A stretch of 64,000 nt of DNA from IMG/VR virus record IMGVR_UViG_3300042311_001406, positions 27,323 to 91,322 of that record, one strand, 5' to 3'. Origin of the DNA: a virus. A program made the translations under genes and the position numbers. This document shows, in pieces, positions 18,035-27,900 of the stretch (positions within the stretch are counted from its first letter, which is position 1; every line of letters begins with the position of its first letter). The notes below the pieces were generated by a model that was not told the DNA's origin, made no database searches, and saw only the letters and a list, made by a program, of their open reading frames with translations.

Positions 18035-19633
18035 GTGACACTGCTGCTCCTGCTGTCAGGGCGAAGGGCGAGTGCCGCCAGCGGTGTTACCGGCACTGGC
18101 GCCATCACGCTTGGCATCAACGAGACGGGTGTTGGCTCACCTGTCATCGTCGCCACTGGTGGTGCCGGCAGCTTGGGTGTGGTGGTGGCTGGCGCTGGCA
18201 CCGCTGGCGCTGCCCCCATCACCGGCACTGGCTCTATCGCCCTTGGCTTTGCCGAGGCTGGTGCTGGCGCTCCAGTTGTCACAGGCGCTGGCACTGGTGT
18301 CTTGGGTCTCACCGAGACTGGTACTGGTAGCAGCACGGTTACAGGCGCTGGTACTGGTGCCCTTGGCATCACTGAGGCTGGTGCTGGCGCTCCAGTTGTT
18401 ACTGGCTCTGGTGCCATCGCCATGGGCCTCGCCGAAGCTGGTGCCGGCAGCAGCACGGTCACAGGCGTAGGCGCAGTCACGACGATTAGCTTGACGCCTG
18501 CGGCAGCGGGGTCGCCGGTTGTCGCAGGTTCTGGCGCCATTGCCCTGGGGACAACGGTCTCAGGCGTCGGTGGTTCCTCGACAGCCGGGGCTGGCGCGAT
18601 TTCCTTGGGGATCGCGGTCGCTGGTGCAGGAAACAGCACGGTCGTCGGCACGGGCGCCATTGCGCTTTCGATCACACCTGCTGGCGTTGGACGCCCAATC
18701 GGCACTGGCACTGGTGCCATCGCGATCGGCCTATCACAGGCGGCAGCGGGATCGCCCGTCGTCAAAGGCGATGGTGCCGCCACCGTCGTCGGCATCACGC
18801 CGACCGGCTCTGGCCGTCCCATCGTCACCGGCGCTGGGTCCATTGGACTTGGTCTCGCCGTCAGCGGTGCCGGAGCACAAGCATCAGCAGCCAGTGGCGC
18901 CGTCACTCTGGGCGTCACGCCAGCCGGCGCTGGCTCGTCGGTGGTCACCGGTGCCGCAACAGCTCAGACCATTGGTCTCGCGGCTGCTGGCGCTGGCGCT
19001 CCGGTTCAGCGCGGTACTGGCAGCAGCGTCATTGGCTTCAGCGCCAGCGGCACCGCCTCCGTCATCGTCGCCGGCAGCGGCGGCCCCAGTGTTGGCCTCG
19101 CGGTTGCCGCCAGCGGAACCGTCGTTGTTCCCGGCACAGCCGCCATCCCCGTCGGCCTGTCGTCGACAGGCATCGGCGGCATGGTTGTCGTCGGCACAGC
19201 TGCCGGCAGCATGGGCCTGTCGTCGACTGGTTCAGGCGCGCCAGTCCTCCAGGGCAGTGCTGCATCTACTGTCGGCGCACTGACTTCCAACGGCGCAGGT
19301 AGCCCCGTCGTCAACGGTCAAGGATCGGCTGGCACTGACTTCTCTGTTTCTGGCGTCGGTGATCCAGTTGTCTCTGGCAGCAGCCAGGTCACTGTTGAGC
19401 TGTCGTCATCTGGCGACGTCAACATCACCATCCTGGGCGACGGGAACACTGTCGTAGGATTTGAGGCCACAGGCGAAGGTCGTGTCCTCAATACGACGTA
19501 CTTTGGAATCATTCTCGGATCGATTGAGGATTTGAGCGTTCTCTCTTGCTCCATCTCCGACGAAAGAGAAGAGATCTTCGCGACCGTCGACAACGATGCC
19601 ACCGTCATCGCGACATCAATCGAAATGCTGTAG
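18035..19633 (+). CDS. Gly/Ala/Thr-rich repetitive fibre protein
   Basis: Roughly 20-aa periodic repeat G(S/T)GAIALGxxxAGxGxPVVT. Confidence 0.65.
   Translation: MTLLLLLSGRRASAASGVTGTGAITLGINETGVGSPVIVATGGAGSLGVVVAGAGTAGAAPITGTGSIALGFAEAGAGAPVVTGAGTGVLGLTETGTGSSTVTGAGTGALGITEAGAGAPVVTGSGAIAMGLAEAGAGSSTVTGVGAVTTISLTPAAAGSPVVAGSGAIALGTTVSGVGGSSTAGAGAISLGIAVAGAGNSTVVGTGAIALSITPAGVGRPIGTGTGAIAIGLSQAAAGSPVVKGDGAATVVGITPTGSGRPIVTGAGSIGLGLAVSGAGAQASAASGAVTLGVTPAGAGSSVVTGAATAQTIGLAAAGAGAPVQRGTGSSVIGFSASGTASVIVAGSGGPSVGLAVAASGTVVVPGTAAIPVGLSSTGIGGMVVVGTAAGSMGLSSTGSGAPVLQGSAASTVGALTSNGAGSPVVNGQGSAGTDFSVSGVGDPVVSGSSQVTVELSSSGDVNITILGDGNTVVGFEATGEGRVLNTTYFGIILGSIEDLSVLSCSISDEREEIFATVDNDATVIATSIEML
18209..19480 (+). 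repeat. degenerate ~60-bp coding tandem repeat
   Basis: For example GAGGCTGGTGCTGGCGCTCCAGTTGT occurs at 18254 and 18374. Boundaries approximate. Confidence 0.6.
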
Positions 19634-19671
19634 GCGGCACAGCAGCACAACACTGTTCACCGGAGCCAGAG

Positions 19672-20118
19672 ATGACCTACAGCGAGATGTCACCAAAAAC
19701 CCGTCTTCGGATGCTTGTTCGCGGCGATAGCTTTCGCTGGAAGCTGACATGCACGTCGCCAAATCCGTCGCCAGGTTCCGATGCGATTGGTCCGAGGTTT
19801 GATCTCACAGGTGTCTTGATCATCTTCACCATGAAGCTGTGGCGGGCAGATGGCGGCAGCGTCAGCACTGACCGCATCATCATCCGCAAAAGCAGCGACG
19901 ACACTGATGAGATTTCAGTTCTTGATCAACTGTCTGATGTAACGATCGGCCAGTGTGTCATCAAAGGAAATCCAGACGACACGCAGTACCTTGAGCCTGG
20001 TGTCTACCGCTACGACATCAGGCTCCATCTGACCAATGGAGAACGCATCACCGTCATCAGCGATGAGATCTACGTTCGAGGTGATGTAGGCTCAGCAGAG
20101 GACAACACGACGCCATGA
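19672..20118 (+). CDS. BppU-N-like adaptor protein
   Basis: VRGDSF...DLTG...PDDT..L.PGVYRYDIRL pattern. Confidence 0.6.
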   Translation: MTYSEMSPKTRLRMLVRGDSFRWKLTCTSPNPSPGSDAIGPRFDLTGVLIIFTMKLWRADGGSVSTDRIIIRKSSDDTDEISVLDQLSDVTIGQCVIKGNPDDTQYLEPGVYRYDIRLHLTNGERITVISDEIYVRGDVGSAEDNTTP

Positions 20119-20205
20119 CGGAAAGTTGGTGTTTGTGGAACACCGCTGCGCATGGTGATAAGCTCTCATGGACTTCACAACCGTTCCCGCTGACAGGAGG
20201 ACCAC

Positions 20206-20805
20206 ATGCCGATTCTCAAGATGAAACTGCTCGAAGCCGACAGCGCTCCCGAGCTGCAGACCAAGATCAACGCCCTCGTCGCTGCCGACTCCATCGTCAA
20301 CGGCCTTCGTGGCATGGCGCTCTCGGCGTACCGCGCCGCCGACCTCGACACGCAGATGGTGGCCTGCTTGGCCTACGCGGGCACCGATCTTCCGGCTGGT
20401 GCCGGCAAGACCTCGAACGTGAAGGTCCTGTCCGTCGAAGGCAACACGTTGGCCAAAGCCCAGGCCGCCCTTGATCTGGCGCTCAGCGAAGTGCTGCAGG
20501 CCACCAACGCCACCGGCAACGCGAACACCAACCCCGGCGACATCAACGTCACCGGCAACATGTTCCTCGCTGGCGACGTCGGCCGCAAGATCCGCATCGG
20601 CGGCGCCTTGCGCACGATCACGGCCTTCACGAGCACGACCCGCGTCACCTACTCGGGTGCCGCCATCGCCGGTACCGGCCTGACCGTCGAGCTCCTGGGC
20701 GCCGAAGTCCTGCAGCCCGATGGCATCTGCGTCTCGGCATTCAAGGACCAGAACGGCGGCTCGCGCATCGCCCTGCTGGTGGCTGTCAGCGGCGAACAGC
20801 TCTGA
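20206..20805 (+). CDS. hypothetical virion protein
   Basis: AGGAGG RBS, strongly biased codons; TGA-TAAGCT extended -10 at 20156-20164. Confidence 0.65.
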   Translation: MPILKMKLLEADSAPELQTKINALVAADSIVNGLRGMALSAYRAADLDTQMVACLAYAGTDLPAGAGKTSNVKVLSVEGNTLAKAQAALDLALSEVLQATNATGNANTNPGDINVTGNMFLAGDVGRKIRIGGALRTITAFTSTTRVTYSGAAIAGTGLTVELLGAEVLQPDGICVSAFKDQNGGSRIALLVAVSGEQL

Positions 20806-20906
20806 GCCCGGTGGCTCAACAGCGGTGAGCAGACAGTGGGTGACGGCGGCCAGCAATGGTCGCCGTCGCTCTTTTGTGGGACAGGTGGCCGTGGTACGGT
20901 CGCGCC

Positions 20907-21239
20907 ATGTCGCTCATCCCGCCGCCGCTTCCGCGCCTCAGCAGCCTTCCCGAGGTGTCGCTTGTGACCTGGAACCCAGTGAGCAAGTGCATTCACCGAG
21001 CGAACAAACTCATCGAAGCGCAGGGCGTGCAGTTCGAGTGCCCGTGTGGCGAAGGCCACATGATCTGCATCTGGTTCCACACGCCGCCAGTGCTCCCGCC
21101 TGCCAGCAGCGACTCGCCGCCGAACGAGAAGCGCTGGGAGCATGGCGGCACCAGCCTCGAAGACCTCAGCCTCTGGCCGTCTATCCTGCTGCCGTGCTGG
21201 CATGGCTTCATTGAAAACGGCGCCGTGAAGTCGGTCTGA
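20907..21239 (+). CDS. DUF6527-like Cys/His protein
   Basis: FECPCG...W...LSLWPSI...CWHGFIENG; start uncertain (20856 or 20907). Confidence 0.6.
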   Translation: MSLIPPPLPRLSSLPEVSLVTWNPVSKCIHRANKLIEAQGVQFECPCGEGHMICIWFHTPPVLPPASSDSPPNEKRWEHGGTSLEDLSLWPSILLPCWHGFIENGAVKSV

Positions 21240-21271
21240 CCAACAACGATCTCGATCCGGAGCACACGCAC

Positions 21272-22978
21272 ATGCCATTCCGATCAGAGCAGCAGCGTCG
21301 TCTCTTCTACGCCCTCCGACGGAAAGGCGAGATGAGCCAGCACACCATCGACAAGTGGAACGAAGAGACCAAGCAGAAGCAGGACGGGAAGCCGCTGCCA
21401 CGCCGTGTGAAGCAGGCCGCCGCTGCGCTGGTTCCGCCTGAGGAAGTTCGAGCCGCCGCACGCCGCGGACTCGCTGCACGCCGAGCGGCCCCGCAGAGTC
21501 AGCGTGGCGGCCTCACCGCCAGCCAGGCGAGTGCCCAGGGCATTGGCAGCGGTGTGGTGCGCGCACAGACCCTGGCCAGCGGCCGTGGCGTCAGCCCCGA
21601 AACCGTGAAGCGCATGCACTCGTTCTTCAGCCGCCACCGGAAGAACAAAGACACGCCACGTGGACGCATCGCCTGGGACCTCTGGGGTGGCGACCCCGGC
21701 GCCCGCTGGGCCGCCAGCCAGGTCGCTGCCATGAAGTCCTCCACCACCACCTCCTCAGCCAAGAGCCACGCCATGAAGACCACGAAGACTGCCGCCAGCA
21801 TGGAGCAGACGTTGCAGGGCGCCATCAGTGGCGCGATCGGCGGCGCCCTGATTGGCAGCCGTCGCAGCTTGGACGACGCTGTTGTCCGCGGCATGGTGCA
21901 GGGCGCCGTGACCGGAGCACTGGCTGGCGGCGCTGCGGCACAAGCCACACGTGACCAGCGCGCCCACTTTGGTGCCGGTGTCGTCGGCGGCTACCTCGGC
22001 AGCCGGGGGCCGCGCGGCGAGAGCCGGCCGCAAGTGCACGTCCGCATGGACCGCCACAACACAGGAACACCGGAGAGCTTTGTGACCGAAAAGCACGCTG
22101 CAGCATCTGAGCTTCGTCGTCGCCACCACGTGAAGCTGGCCGACGCCATGGCACGTGCAGTTCAATCAGGTAAGCTTCGCTCATTGGCGAATGCGGCATC
22201 GTCGATCAACAACAAAAGTCCTCACCCTGTCCTGCGTGGTGGAACAGTTCTGAGCGGTCTTGAGGCAATGAAGTATTACCCAAGAGGGTCCAATGCTTAC
22301 AACGGACAAGATGTTCGCCTTATGCGGCTGGCGCTGAAGAAATCACGAGATGCAAAATCTGCCGCTTCTGCCGATCGTAGACAGTACCTCCGGGAGGCTC
22401 TTGAGCGAAATCTCCGGAAGAAAACAAATACCACCATCACGCATGGATCTGTGAAGCTCGCCGAGGGCAATTTTGGCCATGGCGCCGAACTCGCGGGTCT
22501 GGCAATGCTGGCGGCCCCCAGCATTCAGCACTTCCGCAAGAAGCCCATGAGCGATCGCACCAGCCACAAGATCAACGCCGCAGGCCTGGCCGTGCTCGCC
22601 GCTCCGAGCCTGTTGGAGCTGGCGAAGCGCCACAAGAAGACGGCTGCCACCAAAGATGACGGCCAGACGCAGAAGCGCCTTGGCATCGGAGCAGCTCTTG
22701 CTGGCACTGGTTTGCAAATCGCGCATAATTACAAGCATCGAAACAACCGACACATGAATTACCTGAACCCAGTGAACCTTGCAGGGCATGTGATCCAAGC
22801 TGCCGGTTGGGCTGCTTACGCCAACGGAAAACAGAAATCACAAAAGAAGACCGCTGCCGAACGCCGAACCCCCGCCGAAGTCGAAGCGCGCCGCAAAGCT
22901 CGCATCGCACAGGCTCGCGCCAACACCAAGAAGCGCCCGTCATCGGATGATGATTGTGGCGACCATGAGTACCGATGA
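21272..22978 (+). CDS. modular basic polyprotein punctuated by K-x-A sites, putative head-internal protein
   Basis: MPFRSEQQRR N-terminus; ARRGL...RMHSFFSRH...IAWDLWGG phage domain; glycine zippers; seven K-x-A sites at apparent module boundaries. Confidence 0.7.
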   Translation: MPFRSEQQRRLFYALRRKGEMSQHTIDKWNEETKQKQDGKPLPRRVKQAAAALVPPEEVRAAARRGLAARRAAPQSQRGGLTASQASAQGIGSGVVRAQTLASGRGVSPETVKRMHSFFSRHRKNKDTPRGRIAWDLWGGDPGARWAASQVAAMKSSTTTSSAKSHAMKTTKTAASMEQTLQGAISGAIGGALIGSRRSLDDAVVRGMVQGAVTGALAGGAAAQATRDQRAHFGAGVVGGYLGSRGPRGESRPQVHVRMDRHNTGTPESFVTEKHAAASELRRRHHVKLADAMARAVQSGKLRSLANAASSINNKSPHPVLRGGTVLSGLEAMKYYPRGSNAYNGQDVRLMRLALKKSRDAKSAASADRRQYLREALERNLRKKTNTTITHGSVKLAEGNFGHGAELAGLAMLAAPSIQHFRKKPMSDRTSHKINAAGLAVLAAPSLLELAKRHKKTAATKDDGQTQKRLGIGAALAGTGLQIAHNYKHRNNRHMNYLNPVNLAGHVIQAAGWAAYANGKQKSQKKTAAERRTPAEVEARRKARIAQARANTKKRPSSDDDCGDHEYR

Positions 22979-23196
22979 TCAACATGTTCAAGAAAGCCTG
23001 GTCGTGGATCGTCATCTTCTACCAGACCGCTGTCTTCCTTCGTGACCGCAACACGGAAGCTCGCCTGCGCTCTGCGCGTGAGCTCGACGACACCAACCCA
23101 GACCTGAAGACGAGGATCGACCATGAAGCCACAACCGAGCCTGGGGCGCATGCTGTTGGCGACGTCCGGCATGTTGGTCGAGAAGACAGCGTCTGA
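22975..23196 (+). CDS. small hypothetical protein
   Basis: ATGA-coupled but overlaps the next gene by 74 nt. Confidence 0.3.
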   Translation: MINMFKKAWSWIVIFYQTAVFLRDRNTEARLRSARELDDTNPDLKTRIDHEATTEPGAHAVGDVRHVGREDSV

Positions 23197-24139
23197 CGAC
23201 GAGAGCTGCTGTCCAGAGTGCAAGCGAAGCATCGCCGTGGCCAAGCGGCGGGCTCGTGCGAAAGCTGCACATCGAGATGCTCGACGCACCTGGACCAAGA
23301 CCGCGGCGGCTGTGCAGGACTACGCGGCGAAGGCCACGGCCAGCGTTCAACGCCAGTTGACCGCGCGGTTCTCCAAGATGAACCGGAACCCAGCCACTAG
23401 CCGACTGCCGGTGGCGCGGCCACCAGCCGTCGCTGCGCCCTCGCCCATGAACATGACGCGCAGCATGAGGCCAATGCGGCCGCCTCAGCCCGCTGCCATG
23501 TCGTCGATGGTGAAGCGTGCAGGTTCCATCCTGGCGCCATCTGTCGCTGGGCCACAGCCATGCATTGAAGGATGGGGAAGTGCAGCGAGTTCGGCGCTGC
23601 GAAAGCGCGTTGATGCGCTCAAGAAGAAACTGAAACCGGGAGACATCATCTCCACAGATCCGCGGCGTCCCGTTGGAGTGCATCGCGCTTTCAAAGCGTT
23701 GAGCTCGACGGTGCAAGGCACACGTTTTGGCCACTCGGCAATGTACGTTGGCAACGGCGCCATCGTTGAATCGCGAGACACGGCCGTCATCAAGCGACCG
23801 CTGCTTGATCTTGCGCGCTGCAACGAATTCGTCGTGCATCGTGTTGAGAATGCTTCGCCGACGCAGCGTCAACGTGCCGCGGCATGGATGAAGAAGCAGG
23901 TCGGCAAAGAAGGCGTCCGCACGACCGTTGGACATCTTGCGTACCGAGGCGCAAGACCAACGGCGCTAGCCGGGAAACACGAAGGAAAAAGGCAGAAGCT
24001 TGACCGCATCATCTGCAGTTCGCTCATCGCCAACGCGTACTCGCGCGTGCCCTTCAATCCAGACCGCGCAATCCTCAACCACAGACCGAATGACATCGCC
24101 AACAGCGAACATGTCACACCTGTGGCTCAGATGACTTGA
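23123..24139 (+). CDS. permuted papain-like (YiiX/NlpC-P60 superfamily) enzyme with K-x-A leader
   Basis: LKPGDII, GHSAMYVGNG (His), ICSSLIANAY (Cys), with His before Cys. Confidence 0.8.
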   Translation: MKPQPSLGRMLLATSGMLVEKTASDDESCCPECKRSIAVAKRRARAKAAHRDARRTWTKTAAAVQDYAAKATASVQRQLTARFSKMNRNPATSRLPVARPPAVAAPSPMNMTRSMRPMRPPQPAAMSSMVKRAGSILAPSVAGPQPCIEGWGSAASSALRKRVDALKKKLKPGDIISTDPRRPVGVHRAFKALSSTVQGTRFGHSAMYVGNGAIVESRDTAVIKRPLLDLARCNEFVVHRVENASPTQRQRAAAWMKKQVGKEGVRTTVGHLAYRGARPTALAGKHEGKRQKLDRIICSSLIANAYSRVPFNPDRAILNHRPNDIANSEHVTPVAQMT

Positions 24140-24218
24140 TCAGGTTGACTTCTAGTTGATCACGTGGCACAACCTCCGTCCCGTCGCTGCTCAGCGTCGA
24201 CAGGGTGGAGGAAGATGC

Positions 24219-24929
24219 ATGCGGAACAAGTACAGGAAGGATGTCTTCGTCGTTGCCGTGGAAGGCATCATCGGAGCAGGAAAGACCACGCTCACCAAGC
24301 GCTTGCGCGATGAGCTTCATCTGCATGAAGTGCCGGAGCCGGTTGAAGACAACCCGTTCCTCGAAAACTTCTACAAGGACCAAAAGAAGTGGGCCTTCCC
24401 CATGCAGATGTGGATGGTGCAGCGTCGAGCGGAGTCGATTGCTGACGCCGTCGAAAGTCACAAGAACATCATCACGGACCGCAGCCTGGTGGGAGACATG
24501 GTCTTCGCCAAGATGCACAAAGACAACGGAAACATCGACGCCGAGATGTGGCCCGTCTACCGCGACACCTGGAGCATGATGAACCGCTTGCTGGCACCCG
24601 TGCCAGACGTCATCGTCTTCCTGGATGTGAACCCCAGCACCGCGTTCAAACGCATGCACAACCGAGGGAGACAGTCCGAAGTCGACGGCGTCACACTGTC
24701 GTATCTTCAGGATCTCTGTGCCACATACCGCTCCACCATCGAGAAGTTGGGTAGCAACTTCAACGGGACGGAGTCATTCCGTCATACGCGCATCGAATGC
24801 CTCAAAGGAGACACTGATCACGCCGTGATCGTCGACATCGTCAAGCGACACATGGCCAACAAGACCGCCGCTTTCTCGAACGCCGCCGCCGCCAACGAGT
24901 ACAACAACGACAACGAGGTCAAGCTGTGA
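24219..24929 (+). CDS. deoxynucleoside kinase
   Basis: VEGIIGAGKTT P-loop, EPV, DRS, RMHNRGRQSE lid. Confidence 0.9.
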   Translation: MRNKYRKDVFVVAVEGIIGAGKTTLTKRLRDELHLHEVPEPVEDNPFLENFYKDQKKWAFPMQMWMVQRRAESIADAVESHKNIITDRSLVGDMVFAKMHKDNGNIDAEMWPVYRDTWSMMNRLLAPVPDVIVFLDVNPSTAFKRMHNRGRQSEVDGVTLSYLQDLCATYRSTIEKLGSNFNGTESFRHTRIECLKGDTDHAVIVDIVKRHMANKTAAFSNAAAANEYNNDNEVKL

Positions 24930-27900
24930 AGAACACCGTCACGATTCCATCCGCCGACTCCATCGACTACACGCTGAGCATTGCCGGCGACAAGATCGAG
25001 TGCAGGGTCCATAGCATCGACATCGTCAACTTCAACAAGCGTGACGTCGCCATCGAAGGCAGCGGCTTCAAGCAGAAGGATGTCGAGGCTCCTGACTTCT
25101 GGAGCGACACGGCCGTCCGCATCGTCGCCAACAAGTATTTCCGCGGCCACGACAGCGATCGCGAGAACAGCGTCAAGCAGCTGGTTGCTCGTGTCGTCGG
25201 CTCAATCGTCGACTTCCTCGACAGCAAGGACCGTTTCGCCAGCGCCACCGACAAGCACAGCTTCAAAAGTGTCCTGACCCATCTGCTCTACGTGCAAGCG
25301 TTCGCGTTCAACAGCCCGGTGTGGTTCAACCTCGGCACCGAAGTCAGCCCGCAGTGCAGCGCTTGCTTCATCCTCGGCGTCGACGACAACATCGAATCCA
25401 TCCTCAAGTGGATCAACGACGAAAGCCTCGTCTTCCGTCGTGGCAGCGGTGCCGGCGTCAACATCTCCCGCATCCGCCACAAGAACGCGCGTCTGCAGGG
25501 CGGCGGCCACGCCAGCGGCCCGCTGAGCTTCGCCAACGGCGCCAACTACATGGCCGGCGCCATCAAGAGCGGCGGCAAGACGCGTCGCGCGGCCAAGATG
25601 CTGGTCATGAACGACAACCACCCCGACGTCTTCGACTTCATCGACACGAAGTCGATTGCCGAGCGCGTCGCCAAGGCGCTGATCGCTGGTGGCTTCAGCT
25701 CGAAGTTCAATGCCGAAGGCGGCGCCTACGAGCTCGCCCCCTGGCAGAACGCCAACAACAGCGTGAGCCTGTACGACCGCTTCCTCAATGCCGTCTTGGT
25801 CGACGGAGACCATGACCTCGTTGACCACAAGGGCGCTGTGGTTCGCACCATCAAGGCTCGCGAGCTGTGGCGCAAGATGGGTGAGGCAGCCTGGGAATCC
25901 GGTGACCCCGGCCTCCACTTCCGTGACACGATGAACCGCTTCAACACGGTCGCAGAAGATGGCGAGATTGAAGCCAGTAACCCGTGCTGCTTCACCGGCG
26001 AGACGCTCGTCGACACCAGCGAAGGAAAGATCCGCATCGACGAACTCGTCGCTCGAAGCCAGCGCGGTGAGGACCTGCCAATGGCATGGGCCTTTGACCT
26101 TGAATCGTCGCTGCCTGTCTTGCGCCGCATCGTCAAAGCCTGGAAGGCCGGCGACGCGACCAAGCTTGTCCGCGTCACGACGGACCGCGGCATCAGTGTG
26201 TTGTGCACACCTGAGCACCGCTGGCTGAAGCGCAATGGCGCTTGGGTGGAGGCTCAGCATCTGAAAGCTGGGGACAGCCTGCGCAAAACGGCGCGCTGGG
26301 TGAACAAGGATCGCTCTGGTCGCCACTGCTTGAACATGCGTGGCACAGAGTCAGCGCCAAACGGAACCGTCTGGCAGAACCGATACATGTGGGAGCAGGC
26401 CTATGGACCAATTCCTGACGGCATGGAAGTTCACCACAAAAACGGAGACCCGACTGACGACCGCCTCAGCAACTTTGAGCTGATCCCTGTCAGCGATCAT
26501 CGCTCTGAACACTCGGCTGGCGACGAGAACCCACGTTTCATTGACGTGGAAGATCATGTGCTTGTGGAGGCGTGGGATGCTGTCGCTGCCGGCAGAAAGC
26601 GTGGTTCCGGTGTGACGCCAACAACATGGAACGCACACATCAACAGCAATGGGCTCAAAGGACATCTGCCGTTGGCTGCATCACCAACGAACGGAGGGCG
26701 AATCCAAGGCATGCCTTGGGCGGAGTTCGAGAGCAAGATCAACGAGCTGCGTTCATCTGTGAACGATCGCGTCGTCAGCGTCGAGTTCATTGCCAACGAC
26801 ACGGCGACATCCGTCTTCGACATCGAAGTTGAAGGCGTGCACAACTTCTCGGTGACCAGCCCCGGCGCTGTTCATTCGGTCGTGGTGCACAACAGCGAGT
26901 ACCTGTTCATCAACAACACCAGCTGCAACCTCGCGAGCTTCAACCTCGTGCGGTACATGATCCGTGACGGTCTCAAGCGCGTGTTCAACTGGCGCGCATT
27001 CCAGCGTGACGGCTTGGCGATGTACCTGTGTCTCGACGCCATCGTCGACATCAGCAGCTACCCGACGCCAGAGATCGACGAGACGACCCGCAAGTACCGC
27101 ACGCTTGGTGCCGGGTACGCCAACATTGGCGGCATGCTGATGCGTATGGGCATTCCGTACGACAGCGACGAAGGCCGTCACATGATCGCCGTCATCACCA
27201 GCGCGCTCCAGGGCACCATGGTCTGCAACAGCATGAAAGCTGCTGAGGCCTGGGGCACATTCGATCGCTACGAAGCGAACCGTGATCACGTCGACAAGGT
27301 GATTCTGTCGCACTACAACGCACAGGTCGGGCTGACCTACAACAAAGACGACGTGGTGTGGAATCCGTGGCAGCACTACGAGCAGACTGTCCTGCGAGAC
27401 AACACGAAGATCGCGCGTGTGCGCAACGCGCAGTTCACGGTCGTGGCGCCCACTGGCACCATCGGCTTCATGATGGACGTCGACACGACGGGCATCGAGC
27501 CAGACTTCAGCCTGGTGAAGTACAAGGAGATGGTTGGCGGCGGCTACATGACGCTGGTCAACACCGCGATGTCCGAAGGCCTCGAAGTGCTGGGCTACGA
27601 TGAGGAGACGCGCAAAGCCATTGAGGCGCACGTCACAACCACTGGCGGTGTCGTCGAAGGCGCTCCCGGTCTGAAGCCAGAGCACTACGGCGTCTTCGAC
27701 TGCGCGGTCGCAGCGTTCGGCGGCACACGCTTCATTCGCCCTGAGGCGCACATTGAGGCCATGGCCGAGGCGCAGCCGTTCCTCAGCGGCGCCATCAGCA
27801 AGACCGTCAACATGCCAGAGTCGTCGACGGTGGATGACATCCTCGACATCTACATGAAGTCGTGGAAGCTGGGTCTCAAAGCTGTTGCCGTCTACCGCGA

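Noticed and set aside
18035-19633. Repeats as a diversity-generating retroelement TR/VR pair or as collagen
   Set aside because: No reverse transcriptase, no adenine-specific mismatch pair and no Gly-X-Y triplets.
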